Assembly: GCA_009787795.1 (NCBI GenBank)
Contig: WQSP01000001.1
Coordinates: 1-48,045 of the forward strand
From: Treponema sp.
Lineage (GTDB): Bacteria > Spirochaetota > Spirochaetia > Treponematales > Breznakiellaceae
DNA: 48,045 nt
Reading direction: 5' to 3'
How positions within the stretch are numbered: position 1 is the stretch's first letter; each line of letters starts with the position of its first letter. Both the position numbers and the translations under genes were made by a program. Positions 20,624 to 29,913 of the stretch are shown in pieces. Below the pieces are notes generated by a model. That model saw only the letters and a list, made by a program, of their open reading frames with translations. It was not told the DNA's origin and searched no databases.

Positions 20624-21732
20624 TATGGTTTTATATAGAGATCTCCGGCTCTCATATGCTCGTTATATGTCCTGGAAAAGGTATGTCTTCCGCTTGATGC
20701 GTCCAAAAGACGAAAATACAAAAAATCGGTGGATGCGGGATTCATGACGGCGCGAAGAGCGACAAATCCCGGCGCGGAGATTGGACCCGGCGGAAGCCCA
20801 CGGTACAAATATGTATTATAAGGATTTCTTATTTCCAAATCCCTGAATAATAAAACATGCGGATGAGGTTGTCCCAATATTTCCGTAATGACATATTGAA
20901 CAGTGGCGCACGATTGAAGAGCCATATTGATTTCCAAACGATTGTTAAAAACGCCCGCAATAAGCGGCGCTTCGTCCGCAATTCTGTATTCGCGCTCCAC
21001 AATGGAGGCAAGTATCACCTTTTCGTTTAACTCCTGCGGGCTTAAACCCGTAAAGGAAGGATTTATGTTTGCAAGATTCCTGAAAAAGGTATCCGCCATT
21101 TTTCTTACCGCAAGTTCTGCAGGATACGCGCTCGGAAAAAAATAAGTGTCGGGAAAAAGGTATCCTTCCATCGAATTTCCCGGTATTCCAAAATCGCCCG
21201 CAATTTGCGGATTTCTAGCGGCATTTAAAAATTCGTCCGCGGAACAAATGCCCGCCTGTTCGATTATAATCGAGGCTTTTCTGATTGTAACGCCTTCGGG
21301 AATTGTAACCCTGTGAAGCACTTCCCTTCCGGAAACCAAAAGCGAATATATGGAAATCATGCTTGCAGGAAGCTCTATTTTATATGTTCCCGTTTTCAGA
21401 TGCTGATTGTTAAAACGGCAAAAAAGATTCCAGACGTATCTGTTGCTTATAAACCCTGTTCTTTCAAGACGGCTTCCGACGGATTGGGAAGTTTCTCCCC
21501 TTCTTATGTCAATCAAGAACGAGCCGTCATCCGCTTTTCTGATTCCGTCGTTTTCCGAAATGACTATGTCGCTTGTCTTTGAATGAACGGAGTTGTTAAA
21601 ATACATTACAACGCCAATTGAAACGGGAATCAGAATGATAACGCATGCGAAAAGAAATGTCAGGAATTTTATAAAAAACGAAAACAGTCCGCCTTTTTTC
21701 CCTCGCTTTTTCCTTTTTTCTTCTTTAGCCAA
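20623..21732 (-). CDS. mltG: Endolytic transglycosylase MltG
   Basis: TM, VTIPEG, EGYLFPDTY, LASIVERE and YNTYLYRGLPPGPI. Confidence 0.94.
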   Translation of the reverse strand: MAKEEKRKKRGKKGGLFSFFIKFLTFLFACVIILIPVSIGVVMYFNNSVHSKTSDIVISENDGIRKADDGSFLIDIRRGETSQSVGSRLERTGFISNRYVWNLFCRFNNQHLKTGTYKIELPASMISIYSLLVSGREVLHRVTIPEGVTIRKASIIIEQAGICSADEFLNAARNPQIAGDFGIPGNSMEGYLFPDTYFFPSAYPAELAVRKMADTFFRNLANINPSFTGLSPQELNEKVILASIVEREYRIADEAPLIAGVFNNRLEINMALQSCATVQYVITEILGQPHPHVLLFRDLEIRNPYNTYLYRGLPPGPISAPGFVALRAVMNPASTDFLYFRLLDASSGRHTFSRTYNEHMRAGDLYIKP

Positions 21733-21754
21733 CAGTCAATACCCATCCCGTTTA

Positions 21755-22696
21755 TTAAATTGAAATTTCAAGACCTTCATAGGCCAGGGTTATTTCAATT
21801 CCCTTTAGGTTCATTCTTTCCAAATACCATTTTGCCGATTGAAGTATGCCGTAGAGTTTTTGATCGTCATAAGTGGGATCGTGATGAAACATCACCATGT
21901 GCTTGATGTTCCAGTTCGCGGCAAAGTCGACGGCAAGACTGAATGCGCTGTGTCCCCAATTGTATTTTTCTATCGCTTCACCAAGCGTATACTGACAATC
22001 TATTACAATCATGTCCGCATCCTTGAAGAATGCGGTGTTCTCTTCGTTTTTCAAAAAATCGCCCGAAGTAAGTTCCGTATCCGTTGAATAAATGACGCGC
22101 TTTCCGTTTTCGCATACGCAGTAGGCGTAAGAGTCGCCGGGATGATTCATTTTTTTTGCGTTGATTGTGCGCCCTTGAATTTCAATTTCCTTTTCCATGT
22201 AATGAAAAGTTTTGGAAGAACCCATTACATCCAAAGTGACGGGGAAATACGGGCTTGTCATCTGCCCTCTTAATACGCCTTCGAGTCCGCCGACAGGAGA
22301 ATAAAAATCGAATTTTATCGCGGGGTTGTAGCATGGACCGAAGAACGGAAGCCCCTGAAGGTGATCCCAATGAAAATGCGAAAAGAAAATATGAAAATGA
22401 GTCGCTTTTCGTTTTTCGCTCATCTGTGCAACGCCAAGATCCCTTATGCCGGAACCGCAGTCAAAAACAAGCCACTCGTCGTTATTGTCGAACGATATGC
22501 TTACGCAGGGACTGTTTCCGCCGACCGTTCCGAAAAGCCACGGCGGAAGCCCCGCCAAAAACCGTTCTCTGGATTCTGCGCTGACAAGATCCTCGGGCGT
22601 TATCTGCTCTACAATTGCGGAAATTTTGCTTTTAATGCGGGCAGGAGATGTGGGTGTTGGAATTGAACCTCGGACTCCCCAAAACTTGATTTTCAT
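21755..22696 (-). CDS. Metallo-beta-lactamase-fold hydrolase
   Basis: FWGVRGSIP, DCGSG, HFHWDH, WGHS and FHHDP. Confidence 0.9.
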   Translation of the reverse strand: MKIKFWGVRGSIPTPTSPARIKSKISAIVEQITPEDLVSAESRERFLAGLPPWLFGTVGGNSPCVSISFDNNDEWLVFDCGSGIRDLGVAQMSEKRKATHFHIFFSHFHWDHLQGLPFFGPCYNPAIKFDFYSPVGGLEGVLRGQMTSPYFPVTLDVMGSSKTFHYMEKEIEIQGRTINAKKMNHPGDSYAYCVCENGKRVIYSTDTELTSGDFLKNEENTAFFKDADMIVIDCQYTLGEAIEKYNWGHSAFSLAVDFAANWNIKHMVMFHHDPTYDDQKLYGILQSAKWYLERMNLKGIEITLAYEGLEISI

Positions 22697-23148
22697 TATA
22701 GCTCGCTTTCTCCCTTGATTATCGGCTCGTTAATTCGCTTTTCGATGCATTCATCGATCGACGATTTTGTGTGCAACTCTCCCGTATTGATTCCCGGACA
22801 ACCGCTTGCCGCCATTTCCCAGCTATGGGCGGACGAAACAATCGATTCCCAGAACGGAAAAGAGACGCATTGAAAAGGTCTTGCGTTGTAAATTGTACAG
22901 CCGCCATCCCATAAAATGCAGTCTTTGTTGGATTTTTCCCTTAAAGAAAGGACTTCCTCTCCCTTCCAATCCGTAACCCATCTGCAATACGCCTTTATAA
23001 AGCTTTCCCTGTTCGTTTTTAAGAGAGAAACGATCTTTTCAAGGTCGATTTCCGACAAAAAAACGAAACCCGCATCATACCTGCAACAGGAAGAACAGCG
23101 TTTGCATGTAAAGTTCAAACCTGATGCATAAAAACGCTTCTTTTCCAT
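22696..23148 (-). CDS. YkgJ-family cysteine cluster (CxxCxxCC) protein
   Basis: CKRCSSCC, CILW, CTIYNARPFQC and FPFW. Confidence 0.9.
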   Translation of the reverse strand: MEKKRFYASGLNFTCKRCSSCCRYDAGFVFLSEIDLEKIVSLLKTNRESFIKAYCRWVTDWKGEEVLSLREKSNKDCILWDGGCTIYNARPFQCVSFPFWESIVSSAHSWEMAASGCPGINTGELHTKSSIDECIEKRINEPIIKGESEL

Positions 23149-23159
23149 GGGTAATATGG

Positions 23160-23188
23160 ATTATATCATGATTTTTGAGATTTATCAA
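23160..23188 (-). promoter_or_regulatory. Sigma70-type promoter for the ykgJ-MBL-mltG-dnaG-rpoD unit
   Basis: TTGATA-17 bp-TATAAT with extended -10 TG; only 11 nt separate the -10 box from the ATG. Confidence 0.7.
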
Positions 23189-23206
23189 TATGCCAAAATC
23201 GGGTTT

Positions 23207-23644
23207 TTAATGGGCTTGCTGCTGCCTTGCAAGGGCGATATTTTGTTCGGCTTCGGGGATGTTTGGATTGATTCTAAGCGCAGCCTGCCAGTCCGAAATT
23301 GCCCTTGTTATGTCGCCTCTTCTTATATGCACATTGCCGCGAATTACAAATGCCGCAGCGTTGTTTCTGTCATGCCTGATCGCCTGGGTGCAATCCGCAA
23401 CTACCCTGTCAAAATCGTTCAACTCAAAATAGGCTCTTGCCCTTACAACATAGGAAACCGAAGAAAAAGGATCGATTCTGAGCACATTGTTGCTGCTGAT
23501 TATTGCATTATGGTAATCGCCCACCATCAGGTATTCAAGACTTTGCTTGAAATGCTCAAGAGCGGTCTGATTGTAAGGTTGCTGTGCGCCTGCAAACGGA
23601 ATGAGAACGGCAAGGATAAAAACGACGATTATTCTTTTTCTCAT
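23207..23644 (-). CDS. Secreted TPR protein
   Basis: Signal peptide plus about 3 TPR repeats; RBS aaggag; extended -10 TGGTATAAT at about 23661-23669. Confidence 0.85.
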   Translation of the reverse strand: MRKRIIVVFILAVLIPFAGAQQPYNQTALEHFKQSLEYLMVGDYHNAIISSNNVLRIDPFSSVSYVVRARAYFELNDFDRVVADCTQAIRHDRNNAAAFVIRGNVHIRRGDITRAISDWQAALRINPNIPEAEQNIALARQQQAH

Positions 23645-23676
23645 AATCTCTCCTTATGTAATTATACCACAAAACC

Positions 23677-24954
23677 TCAATAATTACCAATATCTTTTCT
23701 GAATTGGATACCGTCAAAATTGACAGTTTGCGCGGCGGTATACGCCTTGTTTACGGCAATTGAAAGCGAAGGCGCAACGGCGCTTACGCCCATAACGCGC
23801 CCTCCCGACGTTACAAAACCCTTTTTGAAAAAATCATAAGCGGTGCCTGCATGATATATGACAGCTTCGCTGTTAAAAAGGGAGCCGTTTTCGTCAAGGC
23901 CGTTTATCAAAAATCCCGTTTTGTAACTGTCCGGATAGCCGCCGCTTGCAAGGACCACGCAGGCGCTGTAATCATTTTTCCATTTGATATCGATATCGGA
24001 AAGTCTTTCGTCTGTTACGGCTTCAAAAATATCGAACAAATCGGTTTCCAAAAGCGGAAGTACCGCCTGAGCCTCGGGGTCTCCAAAGCGGCAATTGTAT
24101 TCGATTACTTTTGGTCCTGCGGGGGTGAGCATTAGCCCGAAATACAGGCAGCCTTTAAACGGACAGCCTTCGCTTTTCAGCGCGTTTACAGTTGGCGTAA
24201 AAATTGTTTTTTCGCAAACCTCGGCGATTTCTTTTGTATAATGGGGATTGGGCGCAATTACTCCCATGCCACCCGTGTTCGGGCCCTTGTTGCCGTCAAA
24301 TGCGCGTTTGTGATCCATCGACGAAATCATGGGCTTGATTGTTTTTCCGTCCGTAAATGCCATTACGGTGACTTCGGGTCCTGTCAAAAATTCTTCGATT
24401 ACGATATTCGATCCGCTTTCGCCGAATTTTTTTTCCACCATCATCAAATTGAGGGCGGCAAGAGCCTCGTCGCAATTTTGCGCAATAATTACGCCTTTTC
24501 CGAGAGCAAGTCCGTCCGCTTTTATTACCATCGGAAATTTTGCGCTCATCAATTTTACATGAGCGCACGCTTCGTTGTAATCGGAAAATGTATAAAAAGC
24601 GGCTGTAGGAATGCCGTATTTTTTCATTAAATTTTTGGAAAATACTTTGCTGCTTTCTATGCGGGCGGCGGCTTTATTTGGACCAAAGCATTTTCTTCCC
24701 CTTTTTTCGAGCGCGTCAACAAGCCCAAGAGAAAGAGGATCATCAGGTCCCACAACAATGTAATTTATTTCGCATTCAACGACAAAATCGCATATTGCGG
24801 AAATATCCGTAGCTTTTACAGACCCGCACTGCGTTTCCTTCATTATGCCGCCGTTTCCGGGAGAGCCGTACAATCTTGTAATACGCGTGCTTTTCTTTAA
24901 AGCCTTGATAATCGCGTGTTCTCTTCCGCCGCCGCCTACAACCAATACTTTCAT
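23677..24954 (-). CDS. purD: Phosphoribosylamine--glycine ligase
   Basis: VGGGGREHA, KADGLALGKGV, GPNTGGMG and EYNCRFGDPE. Confidence 0.97.
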   Translation of the reverse strand: MKVLVVGGGGREHAIIKALKKSTRITRLYGSPGNGGIMKETQCGSVKATDISAICDFVVECEINYIVVGPDDPLSLGLVDALEKRGRKCFGPNKAAARIESSKVFSKNLMKKYGIPTAAFYTFSDYNEACAHVKLMSAKFPMVIKADGLALGKGVIIAQNCDEALAALNLMMVEKKFGESGSNIVIEEFLTGPEVTVMAFTDGKTIKPMISSMDHKRAFDGNKGPNTGGMGVIAPNPHYTKEIAEVCEKTIFTPTVNALKSEGCPFKGCLYFGLMLTPAGPKVIEYNCRFGDPEAQAVLPLLETDLFDIFEAVTDERLSDIDIKWKNDYSACVVLASGGYPDSYKTGFLINGLDENGSLFNSEAVIYHAGTAYDFFKKGFVTSGGRVMGVSAVAPSLSIAVNKAYTAAQTVNFDGIQFRKDIGNY

Positions 24955-25523
24955 TTTATTTCTCCCTTACAAAACATTTCTACCGCTTTTGGAAGCAATA
25001 CCCATTCGCATTCCTGCATCACGCGTTTTTGAAGCGCTTCTGCCGTATCACTTGGAAGCACATCAATCGCCTTTTGTAAAATTATTTTTCCGCCGTCTAC
25101 AACTTCGTTTACAAGGTGAACTGTGGCTCCTGTCACTTTTACGCCATAATCCAAAACAGCCTCATGAACTTTTAAACCGTAAAATCCTTTTCCGCAAAAT
25201 GACGGAATCAGGGAAGGATGAACGTTAATTATTTTATTGCTGAATGCGCTTAACACTTTTTCTCCCAAAATGGAAAGAAAACCCGCCAAAACCACAAGAT
25301 CTGTTTTTTCTTGCGTTAACGCATCTGCCAATGAATTATCATATTCATTTATATCCTTAAAACTTTTTCTTTCGATAACGAGGGTTTTAATGCCCGCATT
25401 TTTTGCCCGTTCGATTGCATAAGCGTTTTGCACGGAGGAAATAACAAGAGATATTTGTATGTTTGCATCGATAAGCGCCTGCAAATTGGTGCCGCCGCCC
25501 GATACCAAAACCGCAATTCTCAT
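24951..25523 (-). CDS. purN: Phosphoribosylglycinamide formyltransferase
   Basis: SGGGTNLQA, INVHPSL and GATVHLV. Confidence 0.96.
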   Translation of the reverse strand: MRIAVLVSGGGTNLQALIDANIQISLVISSVQNAYAIERAKNAGIKTLVIERKSFKDINEYDNSLADALTQEKTDLVVLAGFLSILGEKVLSAFSNKIINVHPSLIPSFCGKGFYGLKVHEAVLDYGVKVTGATVHLVNEVVDGGKIILQKAIDVLPSDTAEALQKRVMQECEWVLLPKAVEMFCKGEIK

Positions 25524-25550
25524 TATTAATACTCCGTAGTAAATTTCTTC

Positions 25551-26597
25551 CTATTCAATTCGCACTCCGCTAATGCCTTCTTGCACAACGCCAATAATAT
25601 GCGCTTCCTCTCCGCAATTACGAATGATGTTTAACGCTTCGTCCGTGTCATCGGGCGAAGTGATTACGCACATTCCCACTCCCATGTTGTATGTGTTAAA
25701 CATGTCGCGTTCATTAATTTTTCCTTCTTTGGCGATAATTTTAAAAATTGGCGGCACCTTTACCGCATTTTTATGAATAATTGCGCCCAGGTTTTCGCCG
25801 AAGGCACGGGGAATGTTTTCCTGAAAACCTCCGCCTGTTATGTGACATATAGATTTTATTTTTGATTTTTCAAGCGCTTTTAAAATTGTTTTGACATATA
25901 TTTTTGTGGGTTTTAACAATTCAAGACCCAGTATATCGTTAAGATCGTCGTATTTTTTTTCCAATGGTTTTTTGTTTTCGTTTATACCAAAGACTTTTCT
26001 TGTCAATGAAAAACCGTTTGAATGCACTCCAGAAGAAGCAAGCGCGATGATTACGTCTTTGTGCTTTACGTTGTTTTTATCCGGTATCCTCGATTTCTCC
26101 ACGATGCCGACAGAAAAGCCTGCGATATCGTATTCGTCTTCTTTCATCATTCCCGGATGTTCTGCGGTTTCGCCTCCGACAAGCGCGCATCCTGCCTGTA
26201 CGCAGCCTTCCGCCACGCCCGAAATTATCTTTTCGATTTTTTCCGGGAAATTTTTTCCGGTTGCGATATAATCAAGGAAAAAAAGCGGTTTTGCGCCTGC
26301 GCAAATAATGTCGTTTACGCACATTGCAACGCAGTCGATTCCGATTGTGTCGTGTTTGTCCAAAAGCATTGCGATTTTCAGTTTTGTTCCGACTCCGTCA
26401 GTGCCGGATACGAGTACGGGTTCCGATATTCCGTCTTTTGGAAGCGCAAAAAGTCCGCCAAAGCCTCCGATTCCCTCGTCAAATACGCCTTGTACTTTTG
26501 TGCGTTCGACATGCTTTTTCATCAATTCTACCGCGCGGTATCCTGCGGTAACGTCTACGCCCGCTTTTTTGTAGCTTTCGCTGAAACTGTTTTTCAT
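25551..26597 (-). CDS. purM: AIR synthase
   Basis: YKKAGVD, GTDGVGTK, GGETAEHP and HITGGG. Confidence 0.97.
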   Translation of the reverse strand: MKNSFSESYKKAGVDVTAGYRAVELMKKHVERTKVQGVFDEGIGGFGGLFALPKDGISEPVLVSGTDGVGTKLKIAMLLDKHDTIGIDCVAMCVNDIICAGAKPLFFLDYIATGKNFPEKIEKIISGVAEGCVQAGCALVGGETAEHPGMMKEDEYDIAGFSVGIVEKSRIPDKNNVKHKDVIIALASSGVHSNGFSLTRKVFGINENKKPLEKKYDDLNDILGLELLKPTKIYVKTILKALEKSKIKSICHITGGGFQENIPRAFGENLGAIIHKNAVKVPPIFKIIAKEGKINERDMFNTYNMGVGMCVITSPDDTDEALNIIRNCGEEAHIIGVVQEGISGVRIE

Positions 26598-26599
26598 TG

Positions 26600-28006
26600 T
26601 TATTCGCCTATTTTTCCGCTATATTTGTCTTTTTCAATTACGGGTTCCGGCACAGGATATGTACCCGTAAAACATCCGTAACAGAATCCGCATGTTGCGT
26701 TATCTGCAATATTTTGCACATTTTCAATGGAAAGGTATCCAAGGCTGTCAGCGCCAAGGTATCTGCAAATTTCCTCTGTGTTCATTTTGCATGCGATTAA
26801 ATTTTCCCTTGAATCTATGTCCGTTCCAAAGTAACACGGGTTTACAAAAGGCGGAGAGGAAATTCGCAGATGCACTTCCTTTGCGCCTGTTTCGCGCACC
26901 AAACTTACAATGCGTCTCATTGTAGTTCCGCGCACAATGGAGTCATCTATTAAAATCACCCTTTTGTTTTTAATGCTTGCCTTTATTGTATTAAGTTTAA
27001 TTCTTACCGCGCGATCGCGTTCTTCCTGAGTCGGCTGAATGAAAGTGCGTCCTATATAACGATTTTTTATGAAGCCCACTTCGTACGGTATTTTCGATTC
27101 CTTTGAATAGCCCAATGCTGCATCAAGCCCCGAATCGGGAACGCCCATTACAACATCAGCGTCAACAGGATGCTGTTTTGCAAGAAACATTCCCGCGTTT
27201 ATGCGCGCAGTATGCACGCATGCGTTTTGAATAACAGAATCGGGGCGCGCAAAATAAATGTATTCAAAAACGCACATGCCGCCTTTTTTGCCGCAGTGGG
27301 TTTTTATGCTTTTTGTTCCTTCTTTATTGACGACAACAATTTCGCCGGGTTCCATATCGCGCGTAAACTCGGCTCCGATGCTGTCCAATGCGCACGATTC
27401 GGACGCAAAAACGGTATCGTTTCCCATTTTGCCCATGCAAAGCGGACGAAACCCGTAAGGGTCGCGCACTGCAATTAGTTTGCTTGGAGACATTATCACA
27501 AGAGAATACGCGCCCTCGATTTCCTTTACAGCTTCGCTTATTGCGTCTTCTATCGTAGAGGTATGCATCCTTTTTTTTGTAATGATATTTATAATGATTT
27601 CCGTGTCGCTTGTCGTATGAAAAACAGTTCCTTCCCTTTGAAGTTTTTCGCGAAGCGCTACAGCGTTCGTTACGCTTCCGTTATGCGCAATTGCCATTGC
27701 GCCTTTTATGTGGCGCACAACAAGGGGCTGGGCGTTATTTCTTGATTTTTGATCCATTGGCGCGTAACGAACATGCCCTATCGCCATGTTGCCTTTGCCA
27801 AGTTTTAAAAGCGCTTCCTTGTGAAATACTTCCGGTACAAGACCCAAATCGCTGTGATGCTGCATTACACCATCGCTGCAAACCGCGATACCAGAGCTTT
27901 CTTGCCCCCTGTGCTGAAGCGCAAAAAGGGCAAGATATACCTGATGTGCCATTTCGGCGTTTTGGTTATTTGAGTGGATACCGAATATTCCGCAACTTTC
28001 CTGCAT
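26600..28006 (-). CDS. purF: Amidophosphoribosyltransferase (propeptide / Fe-S type)
   Basis: [24 protein letters not shown] and C-terminal cluster cysteines (PCYFG, FCYGC). Confidence 0.97.
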   Translation of the reverse strand: MQESCGIFGIHSNNQNAEMAHQVYLALFALQHRGQESSGIAVCSDGVMQHHSDLGLVPEVFHKEALLKLGKGNMAIGHVRYAPMDQKSRNNAQPLVVRHIKGAMAIAHNGSVTNAVALREKLQREGTVFHTTSDTEIIINIITKKRMHTSTIEDAISEAVKEIEGAYSLVIMSPSKLIAVRDPYGFRPLCMGKMGNDTVFASESCALDSIGAEFTRDMEPGEIVVVNKEGTKSIKTHCGKKGGMCVFEYIYFARPDSVIQNACVHTARINAGMFLAKQHPVDADVVMGVPDSGLDAALGYSKESKIPYEVGFIKNRYIGRTFIQPTQEERDRAVRIKLNTIKASIKNKRVILIDDSIVRGTTMRRIVSLVRETGAKEVHLRISSPPFVNPCYFGTDIDSRENLIACKMNTEEICRYLGADSLGYLSIENVQNIADNATCGFCYGCFTGTYPVPEPVIEKDKYSGKIGE

Positions 28007-28012
28007 AATATT

Positions 28013-28501
28013 TTATTTTAATTTTTCCTGTAATTGGTTGTCTTTTTCGATAACTTTTTTTGCCATGTCTTCTTTCATGTCGATTAGTTTTTTGGCAAGA
28101 GATTCGTCCGTTAGGGCGATAATCTGGACTGCCAAAATTGCGGCATTGTCAGCGCCGTCTATGGCAACTGTTCCGACAGGGATTCCCGGGGGCATCTGTA
28201 CCATCGCAAGGAGGGCGTCAAGACCGTCCAATGACGATTTTATCGGGATACCGATTACAGGCAGGGTCGTATGAGCTGCAAGAACGCCTGCAAGATGAGC
28301 CGCCATGCCCGCAGCGGCAATCACAACGCCAAAGCCGTTTTTTTGCGCATTTTTGGCAAAATCCGCAGCCCTGTCAGGCGTTCTGTGGGCGCTCATTACG
28401 TGCGCCTCAAAAGGAATGCCAAAACTCTTTAGTTTGTTAAAAACTTTTTCCATGACAGGCAAATCGCTGTCACTTCCCATAACTACCGCTACTTTCTTCA
28501 T
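28013..28501 (-). CDS. purE: N5-CAIR mutase / AIR carboxylase PurE
   Basis: MGSDSD, SAHRTP and AGMAAHLAG. Confidence 0.97.
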   Translation of the reverse strand: MKKVAVVMGSDSDLPVMEKVFNKLKSFGIPFEAHVMSAHRTPDRAADFAKNAQKNGFGVVIAAAGMAAHLAGVLAAHTTLPVIGIPIKSSLDGLDALLAMVQMPPGIPVGTVAIDGADNAAILAVQIIALTDESLAKKLIDMKEDMAKKVIEKDNQLQEKLK

Positions 28502-28579
28502 AAAACCCTTCCTGATACTTTTAAATCACTATATCATTTTTATGTATTTTTGGATACTATGTATTTGAGAGGAGTATGA

Positions 28580-29866
28580 ATGCAGGCAAAAAATTATCGT
28601 TTTGAAACTTTGCAGGTTCAGGCAGGACAGGAACCGGACAGCGCGACAGGAGCCCGGGCAGTTCCCATTTATCAAACGACTGCCTATGTTTATCCCGATT
28701 CAAAAACCGCGGCAGGACGTTTTGCCCTGTCAGAAGGCGGAAATATTTATTCAAGGATTACAAATCCGACATGGGATGTTTTTGAAAAACGCATGGCGGC
28801 TTTGGAACACGGGGCAGCGGCTCTTTGCACAGCCTCGGGGCAGGCTGCGGTTTTTTATGCGGTAATGAATATTTGCAAGACAGGCGATCATATCGTATCT
28901 TCAAAATATGTTTACGGCGGAACATACAATCTTTTTGCAAACACATTAAGCGAAATGGGAGTTGAAGTTTCATTTGTCGACCCGAAAGACATTTCCAATT
29001 TTGAAAAGGCAATAAAACCAAATACCAAGGCGATTTTTTTTGAGACTTTGGACAATCCAAACTCTACGATAATCGATATCGAAGCCGCGTCAAATATCGC
29101 GCATAAAAACGGAATACCGGTTATTGTCGACAATACCCTGCTCTCCCCTTTTCTTCTTAAGCCGATTGAATGCGGAGCGGATATTGTCGTGCATTCGGCA
29201 AGCAAATACATAAACGGCAATTCCAATTCGATTGGCGGCGTGATTATAGACGGCGGAAAATTTGACTGGGCGCAAAACGACAAGTTTCCCGGTCTTTCAA
29301 AACCGAACCCCAGTTATCACGGTCTTGTGTTTACGGAGGCCGCAAAAAATATTGCGTTTATTATAAAAGCGCGCACCACTTTGTTACGCGACACCGGAGC
29401 CTGCATGTCACCTTTTAACGCGTTTTTAATGCTTCAGGGCGTTGAAACCCTTTCCTTAAGAATGGAACGCCACACTTACAATGCGCTGAAGGTTGTGGAA
29501 TTTTTAAAATCGCATCCGCAGGTGGAAAAGGTAAATCATCCGTCTTTAGGCGAACATCCTTATAATAATATTTACAAACGCTATTTTCCAAACGGCGCGG
29601 GAAGCGTTTTTACATTTGACATTAAGGGAGACGCAAAAAAAGCGAATCTTTTTTCGGAAAAACTAAAATTGTTTTCTTTGGTGTCCGATTTGGCGGATTT
29701 GAAATCGCTTGTTATTCATCCTGCAAGCACCACCCATTCGCAGATTGACGAAAAGGATTTAATGGAAAGCGGAATCAAGGCGAACTCGATACGGTTGTCA
29801 ATCGGCATTGAACATATCGACGACATTATCGATGATTTGAAACAGGCGTTCGAGGCGGTTAAATAA
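28580..29866 (+). CDS. metY: O-acetylhomoserine sulfhydrylase-like PLP enzyme (Cys/Met metabolism family)
   Basis: AVPIYQT, IYSRITNPT, HSASKY (PLP Lys), HPASTTH and IRLSIGIE; some motif residues deviate. Confidence 0.82.
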   Translation: MQAKNYRFETLQVQAGQEPDSATGARAVPIYQTTAYVYPDSKTAAGRFALSEGGNIYSRITNPTWDVFEKRMAALEHGAAALCTASGQAAVFYAVMNICKTGDHIVSSKYVYGGTYNLFANTLSEMGVEVSFVDPKDISNFEKAIKPNTKAIFFETLDNPNSTIIDIEAASNIAHKNGIPVIVDNTLLSPFLLKPIECGADIVVHSASKYINGNSNSIGGVIIDGGKFDWAQNDKFPGLSKPNPSYHGLVFTEAAKNIAFIIKARTTLLRDTGACMSPFNAFLMLQGVETLSLRMERHTYNALKVVEFLKSHPQVEKVNHPSLGEHPYNNIYKRYFPNGAGSVFTFDIKGDAKKANLFSEKLKLFSLVSDLADLKSLVIHPASTTHSQIDEKDLMESGIKANSIRLSIGIEHIDDIIDDLKQAFEAVK

Positions 29867-29869
29867 CAA

Positions 29870-29896
29870 TCCACGGATTTATCGGATTAACACAAA
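29870..29896 (+). repeat. Single arm of the 10-bp-unit element (copy B)
   Basis: tc-cacggattta-tcggattaa-cacaaa, starting 3 nt after the metY stop. Confidence 0.65.
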
Positions 29897-29913
29897 GGGG
29901 AAAGAAAAAAAAG

